This document shows, piece after piece, positions 37,930-47,838 of a stretch of 64,000 nucleotides of DNA. Position 1 is the first letter of the stretch, and every line of letters starts with the position of its first letter. A program made the translations under genes and the position numbers. Origin of the DNA: a virus; the IMG/VR virus record IMGVR_UViG_3300031957_002411, positions 1-64,000 of that record; one strand, given 5' to 3'. The notes under the pieces were generated by a model. The model was given only the letters and a program-made list of their open reading frames with translations, had not been told where the DNA came from and made no database searches.

Positions 37930-39399
37930 ATGGAAAAGTTGTTAGATGTTGGTGCAGAACGAGCAGTGCTAGCTGGATTACTCCAGTATGGCATAGATGG
38001 ATATGTTGGAATATCTGATTTGATTACTTCTGAAACGTTTGGGAATACGAATAATCAAATTATATACAACTGTATAGAAAAGATTATTGCTGATGATAAA
38101 TCTGTGGACATAGCATCTATATTATCTGCCGCAGAGCAGCTTAATCATTCAGACATTATTAATACTAAGCAAGAATTGAAATATATAAAATCTCTGATGG
38201 TCTTTCCAGTAAACAGAGACAATATTTTTAATTTTGCAATACAGATGAAAAAGTTTGAATTTGCTAGAAAAATTAAGAAACTTACTAGTAAAGTTCACAA
38301 AGATATGGATGATGTCACTGGTTCTGAAACAATCAATGAAATCATACAGAAATTAGAAGATCCTGTAACAGACTTTCTAAGGGAAGATGATGGCGGTGAG
38401 AATCCAGAAAAAATTGGCTCAGGAGCAGAAGATTATGTCAAATTTCTCGAAGAAAATAAATGCGATATCATTGGTATACCCACGGGATTCGCTAGATATG
38501 ACGAAGCCATTGGGGGTGGTCTTAGACGAAAATGCGTTGACCTTGTATCTGCAAGACCAAAAGTTGGTAAGTCAGTATTCGCTGATAATGTTGCCCTTAA
38601 CGTATCTTCACTAGACATTCCAGTTTTAGTTTTAGATACTGAGATGTCCAAGGAAGATCATCTGAATAGATTAATTGCAAACATAAGCGGCGTTCCCATA
38701 AACGAAGTAGCAACTGGAAAATTTGTAGAAGATCCCTACAAGCAGCAAAAGGTTCAAGAAGCGGTACAAAAATTATCTGACATACCATATAGTTATGTAA
38801 GTGTCGCTGGCAAACCATTTGAACAAATTCTAAATATTATTAAAAGGTGGATAGTACAAGAAGTAAAAACTGATGATTCTGGAAAAACAAATGATTGCGT
38901 GGTCATCTATGACTATCTTAAGCTGATGTCATCTTCATCTATTACAAACAATATTCAAGAATATCAAGCATTAGGATTCCAGATTACCTCTCTTCATAAT
39001 TTATGCGTTAAGCTAGACATACCATGTCTATCTTTCGTGCAATTAAATAGAGATGGAATCACAAAAGAAAGCACGGACGCTGTAAGTGGTTCTGACCGCT
39101 TGATATGGCTGTGTACATCTTTTAGTATATTCAAAACAAAATCTACAGAAGAATTAGCTGAAGATGGACCAAACGCAGGAAACAGAAAGCTTGTACCCAT
39201 TGTTTCTCGTCATGGTGCTGGTATGGATGATGGAGATTACATCAATATGCAGATGCAAGGCGCACACGCAAAACTGATAGAGCTACAATCCAGAAATGAA
39301 TTTAAGAATCAACCAGTAGGCGATACTGGGCTAATCAACAATGACTCTATGAAAAAACTAGCAAATGAACTTAAAACAGATCAAGAAGATGCTGAATGA
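37930..39399 (+). CDS. dnaB: replicative helicase DnaB
   Basis: AERAVLA, GIPTGF, ARPKVGKS, DTEM, YDYLKL, QLNR. Confidence 0.9.
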   Translation: MEKLLDVGAERAVLAGLLQYGIDGYVGISDLITSETFGNTNNQIIYNCIEKIIADDKSVDIASILSAAEQLNHSDIINTKQELKYIKSLMVFPVNRDNIFNFAIQMKKFEFARKIKKLTSKVHKDMDDVTGSETINEIIQKLEDPVTDFLREDDGGENPEKIGSGAEDYVKFLEENKCDIIGIPTGFARYDEAIGGGLRRKCVDLVSARPKVGKSVFADNVALNVSSLDIPVLVLDTEMSKEDHLNRLIANISGVPINEVATGKFVEDPYKQQKVQEAVQKLSDIPYSYVSVAGKPFEQILNIIKRWIVQEVKTDDSGKTNDCVVIYDYLKLMSSSSITNNIQEYQALGFQITSLHNLCVKLDIPCLSFVQLNRDGITKESTDAVSGSDRLIWLCTSFSIFKTKSTEELAEDGPNAGNRKLVPIVSRHGAGMDDGDYINMQMQGAHAKLIELQSRNEFKNQPVGDTGLINNDSMKKLANELKTDQEDAE

Positions 39400-40387
39400 A
39401 AATGCACATCTAGTTTTTGCAGAACTAGGCATGAAGTGTGAAACATTCTCAGACAATATATACTCTACGTGTCCAGTGCATGAGGGCAGCGATAATCCAA
39501 GAGCTTTCTCATTTTCTCCACAAAAAGGTATATGGAAGTGTTGGACGAGGGACTGTCAATCTGAATGTGGAAACGATCTGTTTGGTCTTATCGCTGGAGC
39601 TTTATCTGCACAGGAAGGCAGAACAGTTGAATTTAAAGAAGCTTTAGCTTGGGCGTGTAAGATTTTAAATGTAAAACAAACGTATACCCGTGGAACTCCT
39701 AGTCCAGTAGAAGAATTAGAAGATCCGTTCCAACAAATGATAAATATTATGAGTACCATGCCCGCTCCACATGAACATAAAACAGTGGAGATGGATGTAA
39801 ATATCGAGATACCATCACAGTATTTTGTGGAGAGAAACTATAATAAAAGAACTATGAAACACTTTGGGATTGGCGATTGTTATTCTAAGTGCAAATTAAA
39901 TGAAAGGGCGATAATTCCTATACATGACGAAAGTGGAAAACGATTAATTGGATTGATAGGAAGATCTACTAGAGACTACAGAATACCCAAATTTTTATTT
40001 TATCCTACTGGTTTTGACAAAAGATACTGTTTATACAACTACCACAGGGCAATCAAAAAAGCAATAGAAACCTCTTGCCTCTATATAGTTGAAGGACAAG
40101 GCGATGTCTGGAAACTATACGAAGCGGGAGTTCACAATGCTGTGAGCATCTTTGGTAAAACTGTATCAAGTCAACAACAACAAAAACTAATGAGTATACC
40201 AGTAACACATTTAATTATACTTACTGACAATGATCAAGCAGGAAGAGAGTCTAAGGTTCAAATAAAAAGGGATCTTGGAAGAATGTTCAAGCTTACTTTT
40301 CCAAAGCTAGCTCATAAAGATGTTGGAGATATGAAGGTAAAAGATATTAAATTAAACATTTTATCTAATCTAAAGGGTACTTACTAA
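39365..40387 (+). CDS. DNA primase (Zn finger + TOPRIM)
   Basis: CPVH..WKCW..C; RAIIPI; VEGQGD; TDNDQAG; KDVGD. Confidence 0.88.
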   Translation: MNLKQIKKMLNENAHLVFAELGMKCETFSDNIYSTCPVHEGSDNPRAFSFSPQKGIWKCWTRDCQSECGNDLFGLIAGALSAQEGRTVEFKEALAWACKILNVKQTYTRGTPSPVEELEDPFQQMINIMSTMPAPHEHKTVEMDVNIEIPSQYFVERNYNKRTMKHFGIGDCYSKCKLNERAIIPIHDESGKRLIGLIGRSTRDYRIPKFLFYPTGFDKRYCLYNYHRAIKKAIETSCLYIVEGQGDVWKLYEAGVHNAVSIFGKTVSSQQQQKLMSIPVTHLIILTDNDQAGRESKVQIKRDLGRMFKLTFPKLAHKDVGDMKVKDIKLNILSNLKGTY

Positions 40388-41133
40388 TGGTAAAGATTAT
40401 AGGAATATCAGGAAGAAAACAGGCTGGTAAGAATACAGTCGCTAACTATATAAATGGCGATATACTAAAAACACACGGTATGGTAGATGATTTTTCAATA
40501 AATACTAATGGCGAATTAGAAATAAACACAACTGACTCAAACGGTCACAAAGATTGGGGCGTGTTTGATGTAACCAGAAAAGATAATTCATTTCTTGAGT
40601 ATGCAGAAAAAGAACTTTGGCCTTACGTAAAGCTGTATCATTTTGCAGATTCTCTCAAAGAAATTGCTATAAATTTGTTTGATATCAACGCTGTAAAAGT
40701 TTATGGAACAGACGATCAAAAAAACACAATGACAAAAATAAAATGGCAAAATATGCCTGAGTATAATGGTGATAAATCAGGTAATATGACTATAAGGGAG
40801 TTTCTTCAGCATTTTGGAACAAATGTCATGAGAAAAATAAAAAACGACATATGGGTGTCTGATACCATAAAAAGGATTCTTTTTGAAGATTCTGAGGTAG
40901 CAATTATACCAGACGTTAGATTTCCAAATGAGGTAGATACAATACAGGAAAATGGTGGAATTGTAGTTAGATTAACTAGAGATGTATATACTGATAAACA
41001 CAAATGTGAAGCATCTTTAGATCAAGAAAACTTTAATTGGGATAAGTTTGATTACATTGTTGATAATAATAATTGTAATATAGATAGTCTGTGTGAGTCA
41101 CTGGAACAAATTAAACACATATGGAGTAATTAA
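40387..41133 (+). CDS. deoxynucleoside monophosphate kinase
   Basis: GISGRKQAGKNT, FADSLK, REFLQHFGT, PDVRFPNE. Confidence 0.88.
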   Translation: MVKIIGISGRKQAGKNTVANYINGDILKTHGMVDDFSINTNGELEINTTDSNGHKDWGVFDVTRKDNSFLEYAEKELWPYVKLYHFADSLKEIAINLFDINAVKVYGTDDQKNTMTKIKWQNMPEYNGDKSGNMTIREFLQHFGTNVMRKIKNDIWVSDTIKRILFEDSEVAIIPDVRFPNEVDTIQENGGIVVRLTRDVYTDKHKCEASLDQENFNWDKFDYIVDNNNCNIDSLCESLEQIKHIWSN

Positions 41134-42171
41134 ATGTTAGTAACCTACATAAGATCATCTAGTTATAATAATTATGCATACTGTCAAATGCAATACTTTA
41201 TAACATACAATCTTGGGCATCAATCTAAGAGTGGCAAGAAAGCAGACATGGGTACAATGGTACACAAGGTCATGGAAGTTTTAGCTGGATTGAAAAAGTA
41301 CGAGCAAGACAAACCAAAGGTTAAATTTTTAAAAGTAGATGACGACGCTATTGGTAAGTTTAAGTGTAGAAAAGAAGAACTGCATACTGATGAATTAGTA
41401 AATCAATTAATTGATCTCAGCATAGATTCCTATGAAGCAAAGTCTCCCCACAGTTTTAGCAAAACGGATAGATCAGAAATAGCAAAAACCGCTTGGTGCT
41501 TTTTAACTCACAGCGATTGTCAATTCGATCCTAGACTAAGGGATATTCACTATCCAGAACCGCACTTTGATATACCTATTGAAGAAGATTGGGCTAAATT
41601 TGAGTATGAAATAGATGGCAAAAAGGTTACTGGTAGATTAGCAATCAAAGGCACAATTGACCTTGTAACTAAGATTAATGATGATACAATAGAGGTTGTC
41701 GATTGGAAAACAGGCAGGAGAATGGATTGGGCTACGGGGGAAGTCAAAGATTACGAGAAATTAGAGAATGATCCACAGTTATTATTATACTATTATGCAA
41801 TCTCTAAACTATATCCTGAATTTCCTAACAGAATCATGAGTATTTTCTTTTATAAAGACAAGGATGGTAATCCTGACCCGTCGCCTTTCAGTATATGCTT
41901 CTCACCGGAAGATGAAGAAAGATTCTTAGAAATGCTAAAAAATAGAGTAAATGAAATTAGACAAAATATGCTGCCTGAACCCCTAGATCCTAACAGAAAA
42001 CACTGGAAATGCACTGCTTTATGTCATTTTTGCAAGAACAATTGGCCCGGAACTGACGAAAAAATGTGTATTTATATAGAGAAGTACTTGAAAAAACATG
42101 GAATGGAGAAAACTGTTGCTGATTGCAGCAGGGAAGGTTTTGATATAGGATTTTACGAAGCACCGGGATAA
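41134..42171 (+). CDS. Cas4/AddB-like PD-(D/E)XK exonuclease with 4-Cys cluster
   Basis: SSS..Y.YC, GTMVH, GTIDLV, VDWKTG, QLLLY, C...CHFC. Confidence 0.8.
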   Translation: MLVTYIRSSSYNNYAYCQMQYFITYNLGHQSKSGKKADMGTMVHKVMEVLAGLKKYEQDKPKVKFLKVDDDAIGKFKCRKEELHTDELVNQLIDLSIDSYEAKSPHSFSKTDRSEIAKTAWCFLTHSDCQFDPRLRDIHYPEPHFDIPIEEDWAKFEYEIDGKKVTGRLAIKGTIDLVTKINDDTIEVVDWKTGRRMDWATGEVKDYEKLENDPQLLLYYYAISKLYPEFPNRIMSIFFYKDKDGNPDPSPFSICFSPEDEERFLEMLKNRVNEIRQNMLPEPLDPNRKHWKCTALCHFCKNNWPGTDEKMCIYIEKYLKKHGMEKTVADCSREGFDIGFYEAPG

Positions 42172-42176
42172 AGGAT

Positions 42177-43043
42177 ATGATAAAAAAAGATAATAAATTA
42201 CTGACGATAGGAATGGCTACCTACGATGATTATGACGGTTTGTATTTTTCAATACAGAGTTTACAGTTATATCATCCAATCGCTAGAAGTGATGATGTAG
42301 AAATACTAGTTATCGACAATAATCCAGACAGTGAACACGGAAAAGCGACTAAGAATTTAGTAGAAGGATGGATAAAAAACGGACGATATATACCATTTAC
42401 AGCAAGAAAAACAACAGCTTGTAGAAATGAGATTTTCAGGAATGCAAGGGGCAGATATACAATATCTATGGATTCTCATGTTCTGTTCATGAAAAATTCA
42501 TTAGAATCCTTGATACAGTATTACGGAATGAATCCTAATTGTAAAGACATAGTTCAAGGACCACTAATTTATGATGACTTAAAACTGGCTTCAACTCATT
42601 TCAAAAAAGATTGGGGTGGTGACATGTATGGTAAATGGGCTACAGATAAAGAAGGTTTAGCGACTAATAAGCCTTTCCCCATACCAATGCAAGGATTAGG
42701 TGTATTCTCTTGTGAGACGCATAATTGGAGAGGTTTTAATAAATATTTTAGAGGATTTGGTGGAGAAGAAGGATATATTCATGAAAAATTTAGAATGATG
42801 GGCGGCAGGGCCATATGTTTACCGCAATTTAAGTGGCTTCACAGATTTGGAAGACCCGGAGGTGTTCCTTATCCACTAAAAATAGAAGATAGAATATGGA
42901 ACTATTTTATAGGATGGTTAGAACTGTATCAGGATGAAAATCATCAAATGATACAAGACATTTATAATTATTTTAAAACTCGTATTCCTGTGCAGACTTT
43001 AGACAATATTCTAAATGAAGCTAAAGAAAAAATGTTAATTTAA
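42177..43043 (+). CDS. GT2 glycosyltransferase
   Basis: LTIGMATYDD, VIDN, MDSH, FRGFGGEE. Confidence 0.82.
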   Translation: MIKKDNKLLTIGMATYDDYDGLYFSIQSLQLYHPIARSDDVEILVIDNNPDSEHGKATKNLVEGWIKNGRYIPFTARKTTACRNEIFRNARGRYTISMDSHVLFMKNSLESLIQYYGMNPNCKDIVQGPLIYDDLKLASTHFKKDWGGDMYGKWATDKEGLATNKPFPIPMQGLGVFSCETHNWRGFNKYFRGFGGEEGYIHEKFRMMGGRAICLPQFKWLHRFGRPGGVPYPLKIEDRIWNYFIGWLELYQDENHQMIQDIYNYFKTRIPVQTLDNILNEAKEKMLI

Positions 43044-43053
43044 GGAGAATAAA

Positions 43054-43899
43054 ATGCCCACACCTAAACGTGGAAAAGAAGAAGATCGCAATAAATTCAT
43101 GTCCAGATGTATGCGTGATCCTAACATGAAAGAAGATTACAAGGAAGGCAATCAAAGAGTTGCTGTATGCCTAAATCAAGCTACAGAGGGTATGGATTTG
43201 ATTCAAAAAGCAGACTTTGAGAAACAAGTTAAAGAATATGGATATGCGGAAGAACTTGATGAAAACAATTTTTACGTTCCAGCAGAAGCTGAATACGAAG
43301 ATTTTGGGGAACCAGAAGAAGAATGGGACATTTCGATAGCAAAACCGGGACTTTGGGAAAATATTCGCAGAAAAAAAGAACGTGAAGGCAAGAACTATAA
43401 GCCAGCTAGAACTGAAAAAGAAGGTAGGCCCACACAAGAGCAACTTAAAAGAGCGCAATCAGAACCAAGCGAAAAGCAAAAAAAAGCTCTTGATAAAAAC
43501 AAAGATGGCAAGATCAGCAAGGAAGATTTTGAATTGCTACGTAAAGGTAAAAGTTCGTACAAGTATGAAGATCCAAAAACAGGACAAGTATTTACCTATA
43601 CAAGAAGAGGTAACTATAAAAATGGAGATACGCCCTTAATATATAAAGGTGAAGCAGCGGAATATCAGGGTAGAAAAGTTAAACTTGGTAAGCCATTCCT
43701 CACTCCAGACGGTCCTAAAAAAAGAAGCGTATATGTAAAGAATGATAAAGGTAACGTAGTCAAGGTAAACTTTGGCGATCCTAATATGGAAATTAAAAAG
43801 GATAATCCTGCAAGAAGGAAGTCTTTCAGGGCTAGACATAACTGCGATAACCCCGGACCACGCTGGAAAGCACGATACTGGTCCTGCAAAGCTTGGTAA
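43054..43899 (+). CDS. modular phage protein with EF-hand and DUF6321-like C-domain
   Basis: DKNKDGKISKED; AEYQGRKVKL, VNFGDP, RRKSFRARHNC, ARYWSC. Confidence 0.7.
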   Translation: MPTPKRGKEEDRNKFMSRCMRDPNMKEDYKEGNQRVAVCLNQATEGMDLIQKADFEKQVKEYGYAEELDENNFYVPAEAEYEDFGEPEEEWDISIAKPGLWENIRRKKEREGKNYKPARTEKEGRPTQEQLKRAQSEPSEKQKKALDKNKDGKISKEDFELLRKGKSSYKYEDPKTGQVFTYTRRGNYKNGDTPLIYKGEAAEYQGRKVKLGKPFLTPDGPKKRSVYVKNDKGNVVKVNFGDPNMEIKKDNPARRKSFRARHNCDNPGPRWKARYWSCKAW

Positions 43900-43909
43900 G
43901 GAGTAAAAA

Positions 43910-44536
43910 ATGAAATACATTAACGATATAGACAAACAAATATGTAAATCTGACGAGGGCAATATGGCTAAGGGCCAGCTTATGAAAATCTCTAAGCAGG
44001 CTGGAGAGCTAGCTGAAAAAATACAAAGTGGTATGAATTTAGACGCTTGGGTACAAGACAAGATATCTAAAGCAGAACATTTTATTGAAGCGGCATATGA
44101 CTTCATGATGTACAGCGAAACAGAAGCGTCACAAACACAAGCAGACAAGCCGGGACCAAAAGATCCTAGAAGAACTCCTGCGCCTAAGAAAGATCAGAAA
44201 AAGGGCAGTAAGAAAAACAAGCCTGATAGTGCTAAAGATGATAAAGGTAAGATTAGCTTTAATCAAAGCACTACAAAAAGGCTACAGCAAAAAGTAAAAG
44301 AACATAACGCAAAGGGTAAGGGTAGCAAGGCAACGCTTGGTATGCTCAAGGCAGTGTACAGAAGAGGTGCTGGTGCATACTCTACTTCTCATGCGCCTAA
44401 AATGAGTAGAGATGGTTGGGCTATGGCTAGAGTAAACGCCTTTCTTACGCTACTCAGAACAGGTAGACCCTCTAACTCAGGTTATAAACAAGACAATGAC
44501 TTGTTGCCCAAGGGACATCCGAGAAGTTCAAAATGA
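43910..44536 (+). CDS. modular basic phage protein (DUF5824-like C-domain)
   Basis: EGNMAKGQL, WVQDKIS, AVYRRGAGAY, WAMARVNAF. Confidence 0.65.
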   Translation: MKYINDIDKQICKSDEGNMAKGQLMKISKQAGELAEKIQSGMNLDAWVQDKISKAEHFIEAAYDFMMYSETEASQTQADKPGPKDPRRTPAPKKDQKKGSKKNKPDSAKDDKGKISFNQSTTKRLQQKVKEHNAKGKGSKATLGMLKAVYRRGAGAYSTSHAPKMSRDGWAMARVNAFLTLLRTGRPSNSGYKQDNDLLPKGHPRSSK

Positions 44537-44754
44537 CACTAAAGAAAAAATGGATCGAGCATTTAAGTGAAAATCATATGACCTACTGGGAACATTGGAA
44601 GTTTGCAGTGAGTCATGGGCTAACATGTGTAAAAGCTGGAATATACTTGTGTATACATGGCTTTTTCCCTTGTTGGTACAGAAAAGCCGGAACTAAACTA
44701 GTGCATAAATTAGAACAAGATTTTACTGAGAGAGAAAATGAGCTTAATAAATAA
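44533..44754 (+). CDS. DUF6356-like small protein
   Basis: HLSENHMTYWEHWKFA, IHGFFP. Confidence 0.6.
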   Translation: MTLKKKWIEHLSENHMTYWEHWKFAVSHGLTCVKAGIYLCIHGFFPCWYRKAGTKLVHKLEQDFTERENELNK

Positions 44755-45442
44755 AGTATCTGCGATTATTGATAACAAAGTTCCACTGAAAGATCTTACA
44801 TATTCTCAACCATTTGTGTATGAATCAGGACAGGGTATACTTAGTATAAATTGGAAAAATATTCTACCAAAACCACCTGCTAATGACAGCATAACCACCA
44901 AAAAAGAACTAGATTTGGTCATTGAAGCAGCAGCTAATAGAAGTAATAAAGCTACTGAACTAGTATATAAAGTAGACGATGACCCTTTGCATTTATTCTA
45001 CGATTTTCTAGAAAAGAAGAAATTAGAATATAATAGAAGTCTGTTTGACGAATACTATAATATATTAGAGTCTTACATGTATGCTACAAAATATCATTAC
45101 AATAGACCTAGACCAGAGCAAATTGCACCTTATTACAATCAAGAAGTCAAAGTTATATATACATCTACGCATCAAACTCCAGCATATCCTAGTGGTCACA
45201 CAGCGTATGCAGCCTTAGCAGCACATATGTTATCTAAGAAATTTCCAGAATATAAAAAACAATTTTTCGACTTGGCAAAACAGGCTGGAACTGCTAGAAT
45301 ATTACAGGGGGTTCACTTTCCCTCTGATAATGTCGCTGGAATAACTCTCGCAAAATTTATATTTAAAGAGATTGAAAGGAAGGTCCAAGATGTCTCAAAA
45401 AGAACCAAAACGTATCCCTCTGACTACACCCGGACAACCTAA
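44738..45442 (+). CDS. PAP2-superfamily acid phosphatase
   Basis: K.HYNRPRP, YPSGH, RILQGVHFPSD. Confidence 0.85.
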   Translation: MSLINKVSAIIDNKVPLKDLTYSQPFVYESGQGILSINWKNILPKPPANDSITTKKELDLVIEAAANRSNKATELVYKVDDDPLHLFYDFLEKKKLEYNRSLFDEYYNILESYMYATKYHYNRPRPEQIAPYYNQEVKVIYTSTHQTPAYPSGHTAYAALAAHMLSKKFPEYKKQFFDLAKQAGTARILQGVHFPSDNVAGITLAKFIFKEIERKVQDVSKRTKTYPSDYTRTT

Positions 45443-45488
45443 GCGTATAAAAGAACCTAAAAGAAGGCCGTTGCGACCAAAGAAATAA
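45390..45488 (+). CDS. 32-aa Pro/Lys/Arg-rich peptide (not in ORF track)
   Basis: AAAGGAAGG RBS; MSQKEPKRIPLTTPGQPKRIKEPKRRPLRPKK*. Confidence 0.5.
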   Translation: MSQKEPKRIPLTTPGQPKRIKEPKRRPLRPKK

Positions 45489-45516
45489 TTGATTTAGGAC
45501 TTCACAAGGAAACGAA

Positions 45517-46371
45517 ATGAACGTTGTACCCATACCACCTTCGTATAACGAAGATCAATCTCTATCACTAAAAGATACAGAATTTTACATTAAATTTCTA
45601 GAAGTAAATCATTGCCAAGCAGTGATGACTACCGCTGGAACCTCCCAGTTTAATCTACTGTCTATAGAGGAAATCAAGGAATTAAACTCATGTGTGTGTG
45701 ATTTTTCTGGTAAAAAGATTATTGGTTTACCACCTTTATCTCTTGTAAAAGTAATTGAATTTGTGAAATCCTGCACAGAGTCGGAAGATTCGCACTGGAT
45801 GGCATTGTACCCAGACAGATACTACGACGATGATTCTATTGTTGAATATTTTCTAAGGATTAGAGAGCATACTAACAAAGCTATTTATGTTCACGGTATG
45901 TTTACTAGATCTGGATACGGAGGTACTTGGAATTACACCGCTGATGTTTTGAATAAACTGTGGGATCAAGGCATTATATGTGGAATTAAAGAAGAACATA
46001 GCGACCTTGCCAAAGCATTCAATGTTCTAAATAAATGCCCTAAAAATCTAGATGTAATCGTAGCTGGAGGCAGTATGAGAAGACATCAGTTTTTAAAGAA
46101 CGCTGGAGCAAACTCTTTTCTTGCTGGCATTGGTAATATATTTCCTAGCATAGAACAGAAATATTGTGATGGTGTTGATATTGATAAATGCTTGCAAAAA
46201 GAAAGTACGTTGTTTAGTACATTCGGAAAGTATGGTTGGCACAGATCTCTAAGAATAGGTCTTGCTCTATCTAATCTTTGTTGTTATAATGATAGAATGC
46301 CATATCCAAAGAGAGACACAGAAGTTGTCAACGCAATAAAGAAAGTTTTGGAGAAGATATCAAATGTATAA
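45517..46371 (+). CDS. DapA/NanA-family class I aldolase
   Basis: TTAGTSQFNLLSIEE, GIKEE Schiff-base Lys, GNIFP. Confidence 0.7.
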   Translation: MNVVPIPPSYNEDQSLSLKDTEFYIKFLEVNHCQAVMTTAGTSQFNLLSIEEIKELNSCVCDFSGKKIIGLPPLSLVKVIEFVKSCTESEDSHWMALYPDRYYDDDSIVEYFLRIREHTNKAIYVHGMFTRSGYGGTWNYTADVLNKLWDQGIICGIKEEHSDLAKAFNVLNKCPKNLDVIVAGGSMRRHQFLKNAGANSFLAGIGNIFPSIEQKYCDGVDIDKCLQKESTLFSTFGKYGWHRSLRIGLALSNLCCYNDRMPYPKRDTEVVNAIKKVLEKISNV

Positions 46372-47167
46372 AACTTGGATATTGGGACCATGCTCTATAG
46401 AGTCGGAAGCATTGTTTTTCGAGTGTCTTGCTGAAATCAACTCAATTATGGATACTAGAACTGTTCATAGAGAATCCGATGATACATGGTACATGAAAGC
46501 TAGTTTTGATAAGGCAAATAGGACATCCTTACATGGTGGTCGTGGTCCGGGTCTGGAAGAAGCTTTAAAAATATGGGCTGCTGCAAAAGAGAAATACCCA
46601 AAAGTTAAATTTACAACAGATGTGCATGAGTGCCATCAAGTAGAAAAACTAAAGGGTGTTATTGATGTAGTGCAAATACCAGCATTTTTGTCGCGTCAGA
46701 CTGATCTTATTGTAGAGTGTGCTAAACACTTTGATGTTGTCAATATTAAAAAAGGTCAATGGCTTGGTCCAAATAACCTTAAAGCTTCTGTAGATAAGAT
46801 TAAAGAAACAAACGATAAGTGTCAAGCTTGGGTTTGTGACAGAGGATCAAACTTTGGTTATCATGATTTGTTTGTAAACTTTGGAATTGTAGACGAACTC
46901 AAAAAGTGTTATGACAAAGTAATCCTTGATTGCACACATTCAACCCAAAGATCCAGAGAAGTGTATGGCGTACAAGGCGATCCAGTATTAGCTGAGAGAT
47001 ACTTTTTAGCTGCTGATATTTTTAATTACGATGGAGTTTTTGCAGAGGTTCATCCTAGACCAAAAGAGTCTGTGTCAGATGGAGAATGTCTTATTGATCT
47101 TGAACGACTTCGTTCTTTAGTTATAGAGGCTAAATCTATTAAAAGATTGAGAGAAAAATTACGATGA
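46364..47167 (+). CDS. kdsA: KDO8P synthase-like enzyme
   Basis: GPCSIES, KASFDKANRTS, TTDVHE, QIPAFLSRQTDL, NIKKGQ, DCTHSTQ, EVHP. Confidence 0.9.
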   Translation: MYKTWILGPCSIESEALFFECLAEINSIMDTRTVHRESDDTWYMKASFDKANRTSLHGGRGPGLEEALKIWAAAKEKYPKVKFTTDVHECHQVEKLKGVIDVVQIPAFLSRQTDLIVECAKHFDVVNIKKGQWLGPNNLKASVDKIKETNDKCQAWVCDRGSNFGYHDLFVNFGIVDELKKCYDKVILDCTHSTQRSREVYGVQGDPVLAERYFLAADIFNYDGVFAEVHPRPKESVSDGECLIDLERLRSLVIEAKSIKRLREKLR

Positions 47168-47838
47168 TAATGCAAACTCTTTTACACACCAATCCTATAG
47201 AGGACATGAAAGATGTGCTAGTAGAAGACGGTGTTTTTAAGATTGATAATTACATTTCTGATACAACTCTACAAGAATTATACGACGATGTGCTACAAAG
47301 ATGCACTACTGAGGCCGGTCATTATGAGTTTGGAAGAAACTACAGGGGTGGAGACTTATCAACATATAATAAGTCAAATATAATTCATAGAGTATACAAT
47401 GCGGAATGGATGAGAAAACTACATGATTTGTACACTGGTAGGCCACAGACATATGGAATGAACGTATTTGCTACGCATGATTATAAATACGATGGAGAGC
47501 TAGCTAGAAATGGTTGGCTACACTTCGATAGACATTGGAGGCTAAAGTTTTTTCTGTACCTTACCGATATAGACGTTAGTTCAGGTGCATTTAGTTGTTC
47601 AGTTGGTTCTAGATTTGCTGGATCAGTGCTTAGAGAAAAAGCTTGGCAGCAACCTAAATATGAAGACGTAAAAAATAGGATAGAGCTAGATTATCCAGAT
47701 TTAATTGATAAATATCCAGCAGAACCAGTTGAGGGCAAAGCTGGAACTTTAATAGTATTTGATACGGACACTTTCCATAAGGGTGGCAAGTGCGAAGATG
47801 GAAAAGAAAGACTAATCGTGAGGTTGCATTGTGGATAA
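47164..47838 (+). CDS. PhyH-type 2OG-Fe(II) dioxygenase
   Basis: LHFD, KFFLYLTD, GAF, GTLIVFDT..FHKG. Confidence 0.75.
   Translation: MIMQTLLHTNPIEDMKDVLVEDGVFKIDNYISDTTLQELYDDVLQRCTTEAGHYEFGRNYRGGDLSTYNKSNIIHRVYNAEWMRKLHDLYTGRPQTYGMNVFATHDYKYDGELARNGWLHFDRHWRLKFFLYLTDIDVSSGAFSCSVGSRFAGSVLREKAWQQPKYEDVKNRIELDYPDLIDKYPAEPVEGKAGTLIVFDTDTFHKGGKCEDGKERLIVRLHCG

Noticed and set aside
41134-42171. CRISPR-Cas system suggested by the Cas4-like gene
   Set aside because: No cas1/cas2 or array; solo Cas4-like nucleases are common in phage replication modules
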